Of a stretch of 32,000 nucleotides of DNA, positions 1-8,431 are shown piece by piece. Origin of the DNA: Wielerella bovis (GTDB lineage Bacteria; Pseudomonadota; Gammaproteobacteria; Burkholderiales; Neisseriaceae); the NCBI RefSeq assembly GCF_022354465.1, contig NZ_CP092361.1, positions 1,982,522 to 2,014,521 of the forward strand, written 5' to 3'. The position numbers and the translations under genes are program-made. The notes under the pieces were generated by a model. It saw only the letters and a program-made list of their open reading frames with translations, was not told the origin of the DNA and searched no databases. How positions within the stretch are numbered: the stretch's first letter is position 1; the number at the start of each line of letters is the position of its first letter.

Positions 1-302
1 GCCGCTTTGGGGACATACGCATTGCCTTGTTTAACCCAATGACTCAAATATTGAGCTTCCGCATGACGCACACCCACTTTACCGCGCTGCCATTGCGGAT
101 GTTTTTGCACAAAACGCGAAAATTCCGCATTGGTAATAGGCGTTTTGTCCAACTGAAACGATTTGACAGGAATCAGCGGCGTATCTTTTTTTAAATACAA
201 AGGGCGATAACTGCCGCCTTCAATTTTAGCCATGCCCGCCGCACCAACATTCAGGCAGCCTGAAAATAACACGGCTGCAAATAAATAGGAATGAAGTTTC
301 AT
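1..302 (-). CDS. Partial NirV-like / formylglycine-generating-enzyme (SUMF1) family lipoprotein. Only the N-terminal part is present; the gene runs off the window start.
   Basis: Absent from the ORF track because there is no stop in the window. The reverse-strand ATG at 302-300 gives MKLHSYLFAAVLFSGCLNVGAAGMAKIEGGSYRPLYLKKDTPLIPVKSFQLDKTPITNAEFSRFVQKHPQWQRGKV... It has a lipobox (FSGC) and an FGE-sulfatase-like N-terminal motif (F.LDK.P.TN.EF..FV). It lies directly downstream of nirK, as nirV does in many denitrifiers. Confidence 0.6.
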   Translation of the reverse strand, partial: MKLHSYLFAAVLFSGCLNVGAAGMAKIEGGSYRPLYLKKDTPLIPVKSFQLDKTPITNAEFSRFVQKHPQWQRGKVGVRHAEAQYLSHWVKQGNAYVPKA

Positions 303-457
303 GATGTGTTTTTCCTTATCATTTTAGGTTTTCAGGCTGCCTTTTGTGTGATTTTATCATTGTCTATCTTAATCTAAAATTTAAACACACTTATCCACAA
401 AACGCAGCCTGAAAAAAAGCTGCCAGCAATATCATAACTGGCAGCTTCTTTCATGCC

Positions 458-1948
458 TTACTTACGCGCAGCAGCCACATCTTCTGGTTTCACTTCGCCA
501 CCTTTGTTGCCAAAAGTGTTCAACACATAAGTCAAAACATTCGCCACTTCTTCATCATTCAATGACAAAGCAGGCATCACACTATTGTATTTTTTACCAT
601 TAACGGTAATTTCACCACTCAAACCTTTCACAACCGCTTGGATACCGCGTTTATGGTCAGCATTCAAGTAATCAGATTCAGCCAATGGCGGGAACGCACC
701 TTCTACACCTTTACCTTCCACACCATGACAAGCCAAACAGTTAGCTTTGTACACTACTTCACCTGCTTTCACACGCTCTTCTTTGCTGCCTGCTTTGGGT
801 GTACCCGCTTCCACTTTGGCAGTTTCGCTGGCAGTTAAAGGCGCGGTTTGAATAGCCCCACCTTCGCTTTGATATACACCTTCGGTAATTTTTCCTGAGA
901 AAATGTCTTTATCTTCGGCACCTTCGGCTTTAATTTGACCCAAAGCACCTTTGTTAAACGTACGGAAAATAGAGTGGTCAACCAAATTGTATGTTCCTGG
1001 TACATCAATTTTCATTTCCACAATCGCCGCACCACCTGCAGGAACCAATGTGGTTTGTACATTTTTGTTGATTAAATCACCGCCTTCAACATAAACCTTG
1101 TCAAAAATTTCGCCAATCACATGGAATGAAGATACCAAATTCGGGCCACCATTACCCACAAATAAACGAACCGTTTCGCCTACATTGGCTTTCAAGGCAT
1201 TTTCGCCCGCAATAGAGCCTACGCTACCATTGAATACCACATAATCAGGCTGCTCTTTAATCGCTTTTTCCATATCAAATGGTTGTAAGCCTGCTTCGCC
1301 ATATTTGCCTTTGGTGTAGAAATCGCCTTGAACCACATAGTATTCGCGGTCCACTTTTGGCAAACCTTCTTTTGGCTCAACCAAAATCAAACCATACATA
1401 CCATTGGCAATGTGCATGCCCACAGGTGCAGTCGCACAATGGTAAATGTACAAACCTGGTTGTAAGGCTTTAAAGCTGAAATTGCTCACATGTCCTGGTG
1501 CGGTAAACGATGCTTCTGCACCACCCCCTGGACCTGTTGCCGCATGGAAGTCAATGTTGTGCGGCACAGTAGAATCTGAACGATTGGCAAATTCCACGTC
1601 CACAATATCGCCTTCACGCACACGAATCATTTGTCCAGGAACTTGACCGCCAAATGTCCAGAATTTGTATTCCACGCCATCTGCGATTTTCATCACTTTT
1701 TCAGCTACTTCAATTTTCACTTTCACACGCGCAGCATGGTCGCGATTCACAGGTGGTGGAGCTTCTGGTGCATACGTCATCACTGCATCAATCACAGGCA
1801 AATCCGCTGCTGGCGTATTATCCACTGCCACAGTCTGAGCAGGTGCAGAAGCTGTTTTAGCTGAATCAGATGGTGCAGGTTGCGGCTGTGAGCAAGCGGC
1901 AAAAACAAAAGTAGAAGCAATCAAAGCTGCTAATGTACGCATTTTCAT
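458..1948 (-). CDS. nirK: Copper-containing nitrite reductase (NirK/AniA): a lipoprotein with a fused C-terminal class I cytochrome c domain
   Basis: 496 aa. Signal peptide with lipobox (VFAAC). Type 2 Cu motif [10 protein letters not shown]. Type 1 Cu motif [19 protein letters not shown]-terminal CLACHG haem c motif with a downstream Met (NSVMPA). RBS AAGGAA lies upstream of the ATG. Confidence 0.93.
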   Translation of the reverse strand: MKMRTLAALIASTFVFAACSQPQPAPSDSAKTASAPAQTVAVDNTPAADLPVIDAVMTYAPEAPPPVNRDHAARVKVKIEVAEKVMKIADGVEYKFWTFGGQVPGQMIRVREGDIVDVEFANRSDSTVPHNIDFHAATGPGGGAEASFTAPGHVSNFSFKALQPGLYIYHCATAPVGMHIANGMYGLILVEPKEGLPKVDREYYVVQGDFYTKGKYGEAGLQPFDMEKAIKEQPDYVVFNGSVGSIAGENALKANVGETVRLFVGNGGPNLVSSFHVIGEIFDKVYVEGGDLINKNVQTTLVPAGGAAIVEMKIDVPGTYNLVDHSIFRTFNKGALGQIKAEGAEDKDIFSGKITEGVYQSEGGAIQTAPLTASETAKVEAGTPKAGSKEERVKAGEVVYKANCLACHGVEGKGVEGAFPPLAESDYLNADHKRGIQAVVKGLSGEITVNGKKYNSVMPALSLNDEEVANVLTYVLNTFGNKGGEVKPEDVAAARK

Positions 1949-2052
1949 GGTCGTGTTCCTTCACGAGAATAAAAAGTTATTGTGTCATTTTCAGGCTGTC
2001 TGAAAACATTTAATCATGTGCGCCATTATGTGTTAAGACTTTTTAACTTATC

Positions 2053-2066
2053 TTGACTTAAATCAA
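2053..2066. promoter_or_regulatory. FNR/CRP-family box TTGAC-N4-ATCAA upstream of nirK
   Basis: TTGACTTAAATCAA matches the FNR consensus TTGAT-N4-ATCAA at 9 of 10 positions. It lies about 105 bp upstream of the nirK start codon. Neisseria aniA is FNR-activated. Confidence 0.55.
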
Positions 2067-2210
2067 AAATTCATTAAATACTCATATTTTTTCAGCTAAA
2101 TAGCACATAATTTGGTTGTTTTGTGGTTAATTTGGTTTTCAGGCTGCCTTTTTGTTCATTGCATAAATAAATAAAATATTATTAATGTACAAATAATTAA
2201 TGAATAAATA

Positions 2211-2250
2211 AGGCAGCCTGAAAAATTATTTATCTTTTTTCAGGCTGCCT
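2211..2250. repeat. Inverted pair of DNA uptake sequences (AGGCAGCCTGAA ... TTCAGGCTGCCT); representative of many copies in the window
   Basis: Exact 12-mer at 2211-2222 and its reverse complement at 2239-2250. The same 12-mer recurs throughout the window on both strands. Confidence 0.85.
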
Positions 2251-2265
2251 ATGTTACAATTTTTA

Positions 2266-2286
2266 ACATTCATAATTTATGAATGT
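2266..2286. promoter_or_regulatory. Perfect 21-bp palindrome (10-1-10), a candidate repressor operator (NsrR/Rrf2-type is the obvious guess) just upstream of norB
   Basis: ACATTCATAA-T-TTATGAATGT ends 35 bp before the norB ATG. It is AT-rich with perfect dyad symmetry. Confidence 0.45.
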
Positions 2287-2320
2287 AATAAACCGCAAAA
2301 TTACTTTTTAGGAGCACAAA

Positions 2321-4567
2321 ATGGGGCAATATAAAAAGTTATGGTACACGTTAATCTGCGTGTTGGCTGTAACCTTTTCCTTACTCGGTTATTTGGGTGT
2401 TGAAGTTTATCGTCAAGCACCACCGTTTCCAGAAAAATTTGTTTCTGCTTCGGGCGCAACGATTATCACCAAAGATGACATCCACAAAGGTCAATCGGCG
2501 TGGCAATCTACGGGTGGTATGGAATTGGGCTCGGTGTTGGGACATGGTGCTTATCAGGCACCTGACTGGACGGCGGATTTCTTACACCGTGAATTGGTGG
2601 CTTGGTTGGATTTAACTGCGCAAGCTGAGCATAGCAAAAAATTTGATGAGCTGGATGTGGCGCAAAAAGCGGCAATCCAAGCGCGTTTGAAACAAGAATA
2701 TCGTGAACAAAGTGCGATGGACGAATCGGGTACGGTTAAATTGTCTGATACGCGCGTGAAAGCGATTGAGCAAACGGCACAATATTACATTGATTTGTAT
2801 GGCGACAAACCTGAATTGGATAAAACGCGCGAATCTTTTGCGATGAAAACCAATACTTTGCCCGATTTGCAAGCGCGTCAGCATTTAACCAAATTCTTTT
2901 TCTGGACAGCTTGGTCGGCATCGGCAAATCGTCCCAATAGTGTGGCGACTTACACCAATAACTGGCCGCATGAGCCTTTGATTGACAATAAGCCAACAAC
3001 TGAAAATTATATGTGGTCGTTTGCGTCTATCGTATTTTTGTTGGCTGGTGTAGGCTTTTTGGTATGGGGTTATCACTTTTTGCGCAAACAAGAAGTTGAA
3101 CCCGAAGTACCTGAATACGACCCATTAGCAAAAATTGTATTAACACCTTCTCAAAAAGCATTGTGGAAATATGCGGCTTTGACCGTTATTTTGTTTATTG
3201 TGCAAATTTTGTTGGGTGGCTTGGTGGCACACTACACCATTGAAGGTCAGCATTTTTATGGTATTGAATTATCTAAAATTCTGCCTTACTCTTTGGCGCG
3301 TACTTGGCACTTGCAATCTGCCTTGTTCTGGATTGCGACAGGTTTCTTAACTGCTGGTTTGTTTATTGCGCCTGTGTTGAATGGTGGTAAAGACCCCAAA
3401 TACCAAGCTTTGGGTGTGAATTTACTGTATGTTGCCTTGTTTATTGTAGTTGCAGGTTCTTATGCAGGTAACTTCACTTCTTTGGTGTTGAATAAACTTT
3501 CAGGCAGCGCTAATTTCTGGTTTGGTCATCAAGGCTATGAATATTTGGATTTGGGTCGTTTTTGGCAATTATTGCTGACTGTGGGTTTCTTGCTGTGGCT
3601 ATTTTTGATGTTACGTTGTGCTATTCCTGCTTTTAAGCAAGGTGGCGACAAAAACTTGTTGGCGATTTTCGTAGCATCTATCGTAGGTGTGGGTGCGTTC
3701 TATGCACCAGGCTTGTTCTATGGCGAACACACGACTTTGGCAGTGATGGAATACTGGCGTTGGTGGGTGGTGCATTTATGGGTAGAAGGCTTCTTTGAAG
3801 TATTTGCCACCGCTGCATTGGCGTTTATTTTCTACAACTTGGGTTTGGTAAGCTACAAATCTGCGACAACCGCATCTTTGGTTGCAGGTAGCCTCTTCTT
3901 GGTAGGCGGCGTTCCAGGAACATTCCACCACTTGTACTTCACAGGCACAACCACACCCGTAATGGCAGCAGGTGCATCATTCTCTGCGCTGGAAGTTGTC
4001 CCCTTGATTTTATTGGGTCATGAAGCTTATGAACATTGGTCTCATCAACACGCTGCACCTTGGATGAAACGTCTGCGCTGGCCTTTAATGTGTTTCGTAG
4101 CTGTAGCATTCTGGAATATGTTGGGTGCAGGTGTCTTTGGTTTCTTGATTAACCCACCGATTAGCCTGTACTACTTGCAAGGTTTGAATACCACCGCTGT
4201 ACACGCGCACGCAGCATTATTTGGCGTATATGGTTTCTTGGCATTAGGTTTTGTATTATTGGTCGGCTGTTACATCAAGCCTGACTTCACATACGATGCC
4301 AAACAAATGACATGGGGTTTTTGGTTGATGAATGCAGGTTTGATTGGCATGATTATTTCCAGCTTATTGCCCATCGGCATTTTCCAAGCCTATGCCTCTA
4401 TCACAGAAGGTTTATGGTATGCACGCAGCGAAGAGTTTATGCAACAAGGTCATTTGGAAATGTTGCGTTGGTTGCGCACAATTGCAGACTTTGTCTTCAT
4501 TGGTGGTGCGTGCTTATTCGCATGGCAAGTGATTCGTATGTCTATTAGTAAAGATAAAGCAGCATAA
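2321..4567 (+). CDS. norB: Quinol-dependent nitric oxide reductase (qNor, single-subunit NorB with N-terminal extension)
   Basis: 748 aa, the length typical of qNor. N-terminal TM helix plus a periplasmic extension, then 12 or more TM helices containing a conserved-histidine haem-copper-oxidase-like core (HHLYF, HAHAALFG). RBS AGGAG. It is divergent from nirK, as in Neisseria. Confidence 0.95.
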   Translation: MGQYKKLWYTLICVLAVTFSLLGYLGVEVYRQAPPFPEKFVSASGATIITKDDIHKGQSAWQSTGGMELGSVLGHGAYQAPDWTADFLHRELVAWLDLTAQAEHSKKFDELDVAQKAAIQARLKQEYREQSAMDESGTVKLSDTRVKAIEQTAQYYIDLYGDKPELDKTRESFAMKTNTLPDLQARQHLTKFFFWTAWSASANRPNSVATYTNNWPHEPLIDNKPTTENYMWSFASIVFLLAGVGFLVWGYHFLRKQEVEPEVPEYDPLAKIVLTPSQKALWKYAALTVILFIVQILLGGLVAHYTIEGQHFYGIELSKILPYSLARTWHLQSALFWIATGFLTAGLFIAPVLNGGKDPKYQALGVNLLYVALFIVVAGSYAGNFTSLVLNKLSGSANFWFGHQGYEYLDLGRFWQLLLTVGFLLWLFLMLRCAIPAFKQGGDKNLLAIFVASIVGVGAFYAPGLFYGEHTTLAVMEYWRWWVVHLWVEGFFEVFATAALAFIFYNLGLVSYKSATTASLVAGSLFLVGGVPGTFHHLYFTGTTTPVMAAGASFSALEVVPLILLGHEAYEHWSHQHAAPWMKRLRWPLMCFVAVAFWNMLGAGVFGFLINPPISLYYLQGLNTTAVHAHAALFGVYGFLALGFVLLVGCYIKPDFTYDAKQMTWGFWLMNAGLIGMIISSLLPIGIFQAYASITEGLWYARSEEFMQQGHLEMLRWLRTIADFVFIGGACLFAWQVIRMSISKDKAA

Positions 4568-4590
4568 TAAAAGGCAGCCTGAAACCTTTG

Positions 4591-4697
4591 TATAGTGAAT
4601 TCAATTTAAACCAGTACAGCGTTGCCAGCTCCCTTATGTACTAGGTGTACACAGCGGTCGCTGTCGCCTTATCCTGATTTAAATTGAATCCACTATA
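4591..4697. mobile_element. Correia-like MITE, subfamily A, copy 1 (107 bp)
   Basis: TATAGTGAATTCAATTTAAACCAGTACAGCGTTGCC...GTCGCCTTATCCTGATTTAAATTGAATCCACTATA. It has terminal inverted repeats and TA ends. The internal blocks resemble the Neisseria Correia element (CCAGTACGGCGTTGCC / TCGTCGCCTTGTCCTGATTT...AATCCACTATA). Confidence 0.8.
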
Positions 4698-4796
4698 AAA
4701 TCCATTCAGACTGCCTAGCTAGAATCATCATTACCAAATACTTATAATTAATTAGGAGCTAATGACACTACTGTGCTGTCATTAGCCCCTAATTAC

Positions 4797-4879
4797 TATA
4801 TCAAAATCATGCAACAATGAGGCAGCAACATCTGCCGTGTATAAGTTGTACATAAGGGTGTTAGCAACGCTGTACCATT
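4797..4879. repeat. Degenerate, truncated MITE remnant in inverse orientation, abutted by MITE copy A2
   Basis: It contains GTACATAAGGG and GCAACGCTGTAC, the reverse complement of the MITE core. One terminus is missing where copy A2 begins. Confidence 0.45.
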
Positions 4880-4986
4880 TATAGTGAATTCAATTTAAAC
4901 CAGTACAGCGTTGCCAGCTCCTTTATGTACTAGGTGTACACGACGGTCGCTGTCGCCTTGTCCTGATTTAAATTGAATCCACTATA
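4880..4986. mobile_element. Correia-like MITE, subfamily A, copy 2 (107 bp)
   Basis: Near-identical to 4591-4697, with a few substitutions. Confidence 0.8.
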
Positions 4987-5003
4987 TATTTTAACCGACT
5001 ATA

Positions 5004-7508
5004 CTAGATTTTCCTCAACCGCAACGCATTGCCCACCACAATCAAAGAACTCACACTCATACCAAGCGCCGCAATCCACGGAGTAACATAGCCCAACACC
5101 GCCAACGGCACAACCAGCAAATTATAGCCCGTTGCCCACAACAAATTTTGGCGGATAATCCGCTGCGTTTTCGCCGCCTGCGCCAACATCAATGGCAATG
5201 CCGCAAAATCATCGTTCAACAACATCACATCTGCGCCTTCTCGCGCCACGTCCGCGCTGCCCGCCACCGCCACCGACACATCAGCCATCGCCAATACAGG
5301 CGCATCATTGATGCCATCGCCCAACATCAACACGCACTTGCCCTGCGCTTGCAAGGCTTGCACATACGCCAATTTGTCTTCGGGCGTGGCAGCGGCACAA
5401 TAATTTGCAATATTTAATTGATTTGCCAACTGCGACACCGCAGCTTCATTGTCGCCACTCAAAATATGTAACATAATGTTTTGTTGAGATAATTTCTGCA
5501 ACATTTCTACGGTATCTGCTTTAATCGTATCGCGCAACAAAAAGGCAGCCTGAAAACCGTTTTGATTGCCCAACGCAATCACGCTACCCTGCTGCGCCAA
5601 TTCACGCATGCTTTCAGGCTGCATTCCTGCAATTTCCGCCACAAAATCAGGCTTACCAATAGACCAAATCTGCGTATCACCCTGCACCGTGATTTGCGCC
5701 GAAATACCCTGTCCAATTTTGTTGATTTTTTGCGCGATTTGGATTTCAGGCTGCCTGAAAAAATCAGATTGTGGCGCATCTTTTGCTTCGTTTGTTGCAG
5801 ATAGATGAGACAAATCCGTACCCAATCCCAAAATCGCTTTTGCAATCGGATGTTCTGAATGTTGTTCCAATAATTGTGCGATTTCAATTAGTTGAGCATC
5901 TTTCAGGCTGCCTGAAAAATTGACAAATTGATTCACCGACAATTTTCCAGCCGTCAATGTCCCCGTTTTATCAAACACCGCATCGGAAACTTGCGCCAAC
6001 GTTTCCAAAGCATGCCCACGCGCAATCAACACGCCCTCGTTTGCCAACCGTCCCGTACTCGCCGCCAATGCCGCAGGTGTCGCCAACGACAAAGCGCACG
6101 GACAAGTAATCACCAACAACGCCACCGTAATCCATAACGCCGTTTGCGCGTCCGCCAACCACCACCACACAGCAAAAGTCGGAATCGCCATCATAATCAA
6201 CGATGAAGTAAAACCCGCCGCATATTTTTCTGCCAATTCTGCCAAACGCGGTTTTTGCGACAAGGCGCGGTCAAGCAGTTTGACAATGTGCGCCAAACGA
6301 GTCTGATTGCCCACTTGTTCTACCTGAATTATCAATAGGCTTGCCACATTTAAAGTACCAGCGGTAACATGGCTGCCTGAATGTTTGACAACAGGCACGC
6401 TTTCTCCCGTTAGCATCGCTTCGTTGATTTCGCTGTCGCCACGCAAAACAATGCCGTCCACAGGCACAATTTCGCCAGCGCGTACCACAATCGTATCGCC
6501 CATTTTCAATGATACAACCGCCGCTTCTTCGCTGATTTCTTTTTCCAAATCCTTGATTTTATGGCAAAACGCAGGCACCAGTTTGACCAAACGTTCGGCT
6601 GCATCGCCAGCTTTGCGCCGCGCCGATTGTTCCACAAATCGCCCAATCAACAAAAACAACACCAGCATGGCGATGCTTTCAAAATACAAGCCGCTGCCTG
6701 AATGTTGTGTCAGCGAGTAAATGCCTGCAATAAATGTCAGCGTGATGGCAAGCGCAATCGGCGTGTCCATGCCTGTGCGTTTGTTGTGAAAATCGCGCCA
6801 TGCACCGATGAAAAATGGCTGCGCGGAATAGAAAATCGCGGGCAACACCATCAAAAAACTGCTCCAATGCAAAATGAGCAGATATTGTTCTTCAATATCT
6901 TGATATAGATAAGTTGGCAGCGCGAACATCATCGTTTGCATACTCGCCAAACCTGCAACCGCAATCCGAATCAGCATTTTTTTGCGTTCTTTTTGCGCTT
7001 GTTCTTCCTGTTTTTGCGCATCATATGGTGCGGCGGTGTAGCCTGTTTGTTGAATTAAATGCAAAATTTCTGACAATTTCACACGCGCATCATCCCAACG
7101 CACACGCGCTCTTTGGGTGCTGTAATTCAATTCTACTTTGACAATACCTGCTTTGCGTAAAAGTTGTTGCTCAATCAACCATGTACACGCCGCGCAAGTG
7201 ATGCCGCTCAACATTAACATGGCTTCTTTTTCATTTTCAGGCAGCATTTCCACAAATTCGGCTTGTACTTCGGGCAAATCATACAATTTCAGTTGCGCCA
7301 AAATTTCATCGGGTGGCAAGCTGGCTTTTTCTGCGCTGGCGGTGCGGTTTTTGTAATAATTGCCCAGCCCTGCATCAATGATGCCTTGTGCAACTGCTTG
7401 ACAGCCAGCACAACAAGTGGGTTCTTCGTGTTGCTCGTAAATAATGGTTAAATGGATGTTTTCGGGAACAGGGAGACCGCAATGGAAACAGGATTTTTCG
7501 GTGGACAT
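5004..7508 (-). CDS. ccoI: Copper-translocating P1B-type ATPase of the CcoI/FixI type (cbb3 oxidase maturation)
   Basis: 834 aa. N-terminal CFHCGLP...CCAGCQAV cation-binding domain typical of FixI/CcoI. HMA domain with CAAC. TM motif CPC (ITCPCALSLATP). Phosphorylation site DKTGTLT. Hinge motif GDGINDAP. Confidence 0.85.
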   Translation of the reverse strand: MSTEKSCFHCGLPVPENIHLTIIYEQHEEPTCCAGCQAVAQGIIDAGLGNYYKNRTASAEKASLPPDEILAQLKLYDLPEVQAEFVEMLPENEKEAMLMLSGITCAACTWLIEQQLLRKAGIVKVELNYSTQRARVRWDDARVKLSEILHLIQQTGYTAAPYDAQKQEEQAQKERKKMLIRIAVAGLASMQTMMFALPTYLYQDIEEQYLLILHWSSFLMVLPAIFYSAQPFFIGAWRDFHNKRTGMDTPIALAITLTFIAGIYSLTQHSGSGLYFESIAMLVLFLLIGRFVEQSARRKAGDAAERLVKLVPAFCHKIKDLEKEISEEAAVVSLKMGDTIVVRAGEIVPVDGIVLRGDSEINEAMLTGESVPVVKHSGSHVTAGTLNVASLLIIQVEQVGNQTRLAHIVKLLDRALSQKPRLAELAEKYAAGFTSSLIMMAIPTFAVWWWLADAQTALWITVALLVITCPCALSLATPAALAASTGRLANEGVLIARGHALETLAQVSDAVFDKTGTLTAGKLSVNQFVNFSGSLKDAQLIEIAQLLEQHSEHPIAKAILGLGTDLSHLSATNEAKDAPQSDFFRQPEIQIAQKINKIGQGISAQITVQGDTQIWSIGKPDFVAEIAGMQPESMRELAQQGSVIALGNQNGFQAAFLLRDTIKADTVEMLQKLSQQNIMLHILSGDNEAAVSQLANQLNIANYCAAATPEDKLAYVQALQAQGKCVLMLGDGINDAPVLAMADVSVAVAGSADVAREGADVMLLNDDFAALPLMLAQAAKTQRIIRQNLLWATGYNLLVVPLAVLGYVTPWIAALGMSVSSLIVVGNALRLRKI

Positions 7509-7756
7509 AATGATTTTTTCAGGAAAGGTGTTTCAGGCTGCCTTAATAGTATGCAGCCAAAATATTCAGGCAGCCTGAAACTATTGAAATCAATTTATTG
7601 TTTCAAAATAGTCAGATAATAGAATTTATGATGAAAATAAAATAACCGTTTCAGGCTGCCAAAAAGCGTTATTATGATACAAAATAGCCAAAATAGGCAG
7701 CCTGAAAGTACAAAATCGGTTATCATCGCACCATTTTATTTATTTCAAATTAGATT

Positions 7757-8323
7757 ATGAATATTTCTCCCGTGCCTCTCAATAAGGCTTTTCGTTTACT
7801 CAATCATGGACCGACTGTGTTGGTGTCTGCGCATCACGATGGTGTAGACAATATTATGGCTGCGGCGTGGAGTAGTCCATTGGATTTTTCGCCTTGCCGT
7901 GTAACGGTTGTGTTGGATAAAAGTACTTTCACGCGCAGCTTGATTGAACAAAGTGGCTATTTTGCCCTGCAAATTCCTGTGCAATCACAAGCACGTTTGG
8001 TTTTGGAGATGGGAAATAGTCGTCATAAGAATCCTGAAAAAATTCAGAATGTTGAAATATTCCGCCAAACTGGGTTTGATGTACCATTGGTTTCTGGTTG
8101 TGCTGCGTGGTTGGTGTGCAAGGTATTACCTGAACCACATAATCAGCAAACTTATGATTTGTTTATTGGCGAAGTGCAAGGTGCTTGGGCGGATAACCGT
8201 GTATTCTATGATGGTCATTGGTTATTTAATACAGCCCCTGCGGAAATGCGCACTTTGCATTATGTATCGGGCGGTCAATTTTATGAGATTGGTGCAGGAT
8301 TAGATTTGGGTGATAGACGATGA
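7757..8323 (+). CDS. Flavin reductase-like (FMN-binding split-barrel) domain protein
   Basis: 188 aa. The pattern N-terminal LLNHGPTVLVSA...DNIMAAAWSSPL is typical of the flavin reductase domain family. Confidence 0.7.
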   Translation: MNISPVPLNKAFRLLNHGPTVLVSAHHDGVDNIMAAAWSSPLDFSPCRVTVVLDKSTFTRSLIEQSGYFALQIPVQSQARLVLEMGNSRHKNPEKIQNVEIFRQTGFDVPLVSGCAAWLVCKVLPEPHNQQTYDLFIGEVQGAWADNRVFYDGHWLFNTAPAEMRTLHYVSGGQFYEIGAGLDLGDRR

Positions 8324-8328
8324 TGTGT

Positions 8329-8372
8329 TTTCAGGCTGCCTTTTTTGAATCACAACAAAAGGCAGCCTGAAA
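8329..8372 (+). terminator. DUS-pair hairpin terminator after the flavin reductase gene
   Basis: TTTCAGGCTGCCTTTT / AAAAGGCAGCCTGAAA inverted repeat, immediately 3' of the stop codon. Confidence 0.6.
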
Positions 8373-8386
8373 AATATCATTTTGAA

Positions 8387-8423
8387 AAATGCAGCCTGAA
8401 AACATATTTTTCAGGCTGCATTT
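8387..8423 (-). terminator. Hairpin terminator after the MFS gene (minus strand)
   Basis: AAATGCAGCCTGAAAA / TTTTCAGGCTGCATTT 16-bp inverted repeat flanked by T/A runs, just 3' of the minus-strand stop at 8432. Confidence 0.6.
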
Positions 8424-8431
8424 CTTTTTAA

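Noticed and set aside
638-1864. Five plus-strand ORFs of 64-77 aa (638..838, 1279..1473, 1446..1646, 1631..1864, 1654..1860) inside nirK
   Set aside because: They are antisense to a well-supported CDS, have no RBS, and show the Cys/Arg/His-rich composition typical of antisense frames.
5148-7451. Numerous 60-111-aa ORFs on both strands within ccoI
   Set aside because: All are nested in the P-type ATPase CDS. They have no RBS and implausible composition.
5004-7508. ccoI as an orphan gene lacking ccoS/ccoGH neighbours, as an anomaly
   Set aside because: I cannot tell from one window whether this arrangement is normal for the lineage. The downstream region is occupied by MITEs, so a small ccoS could simply lie elsewhere.
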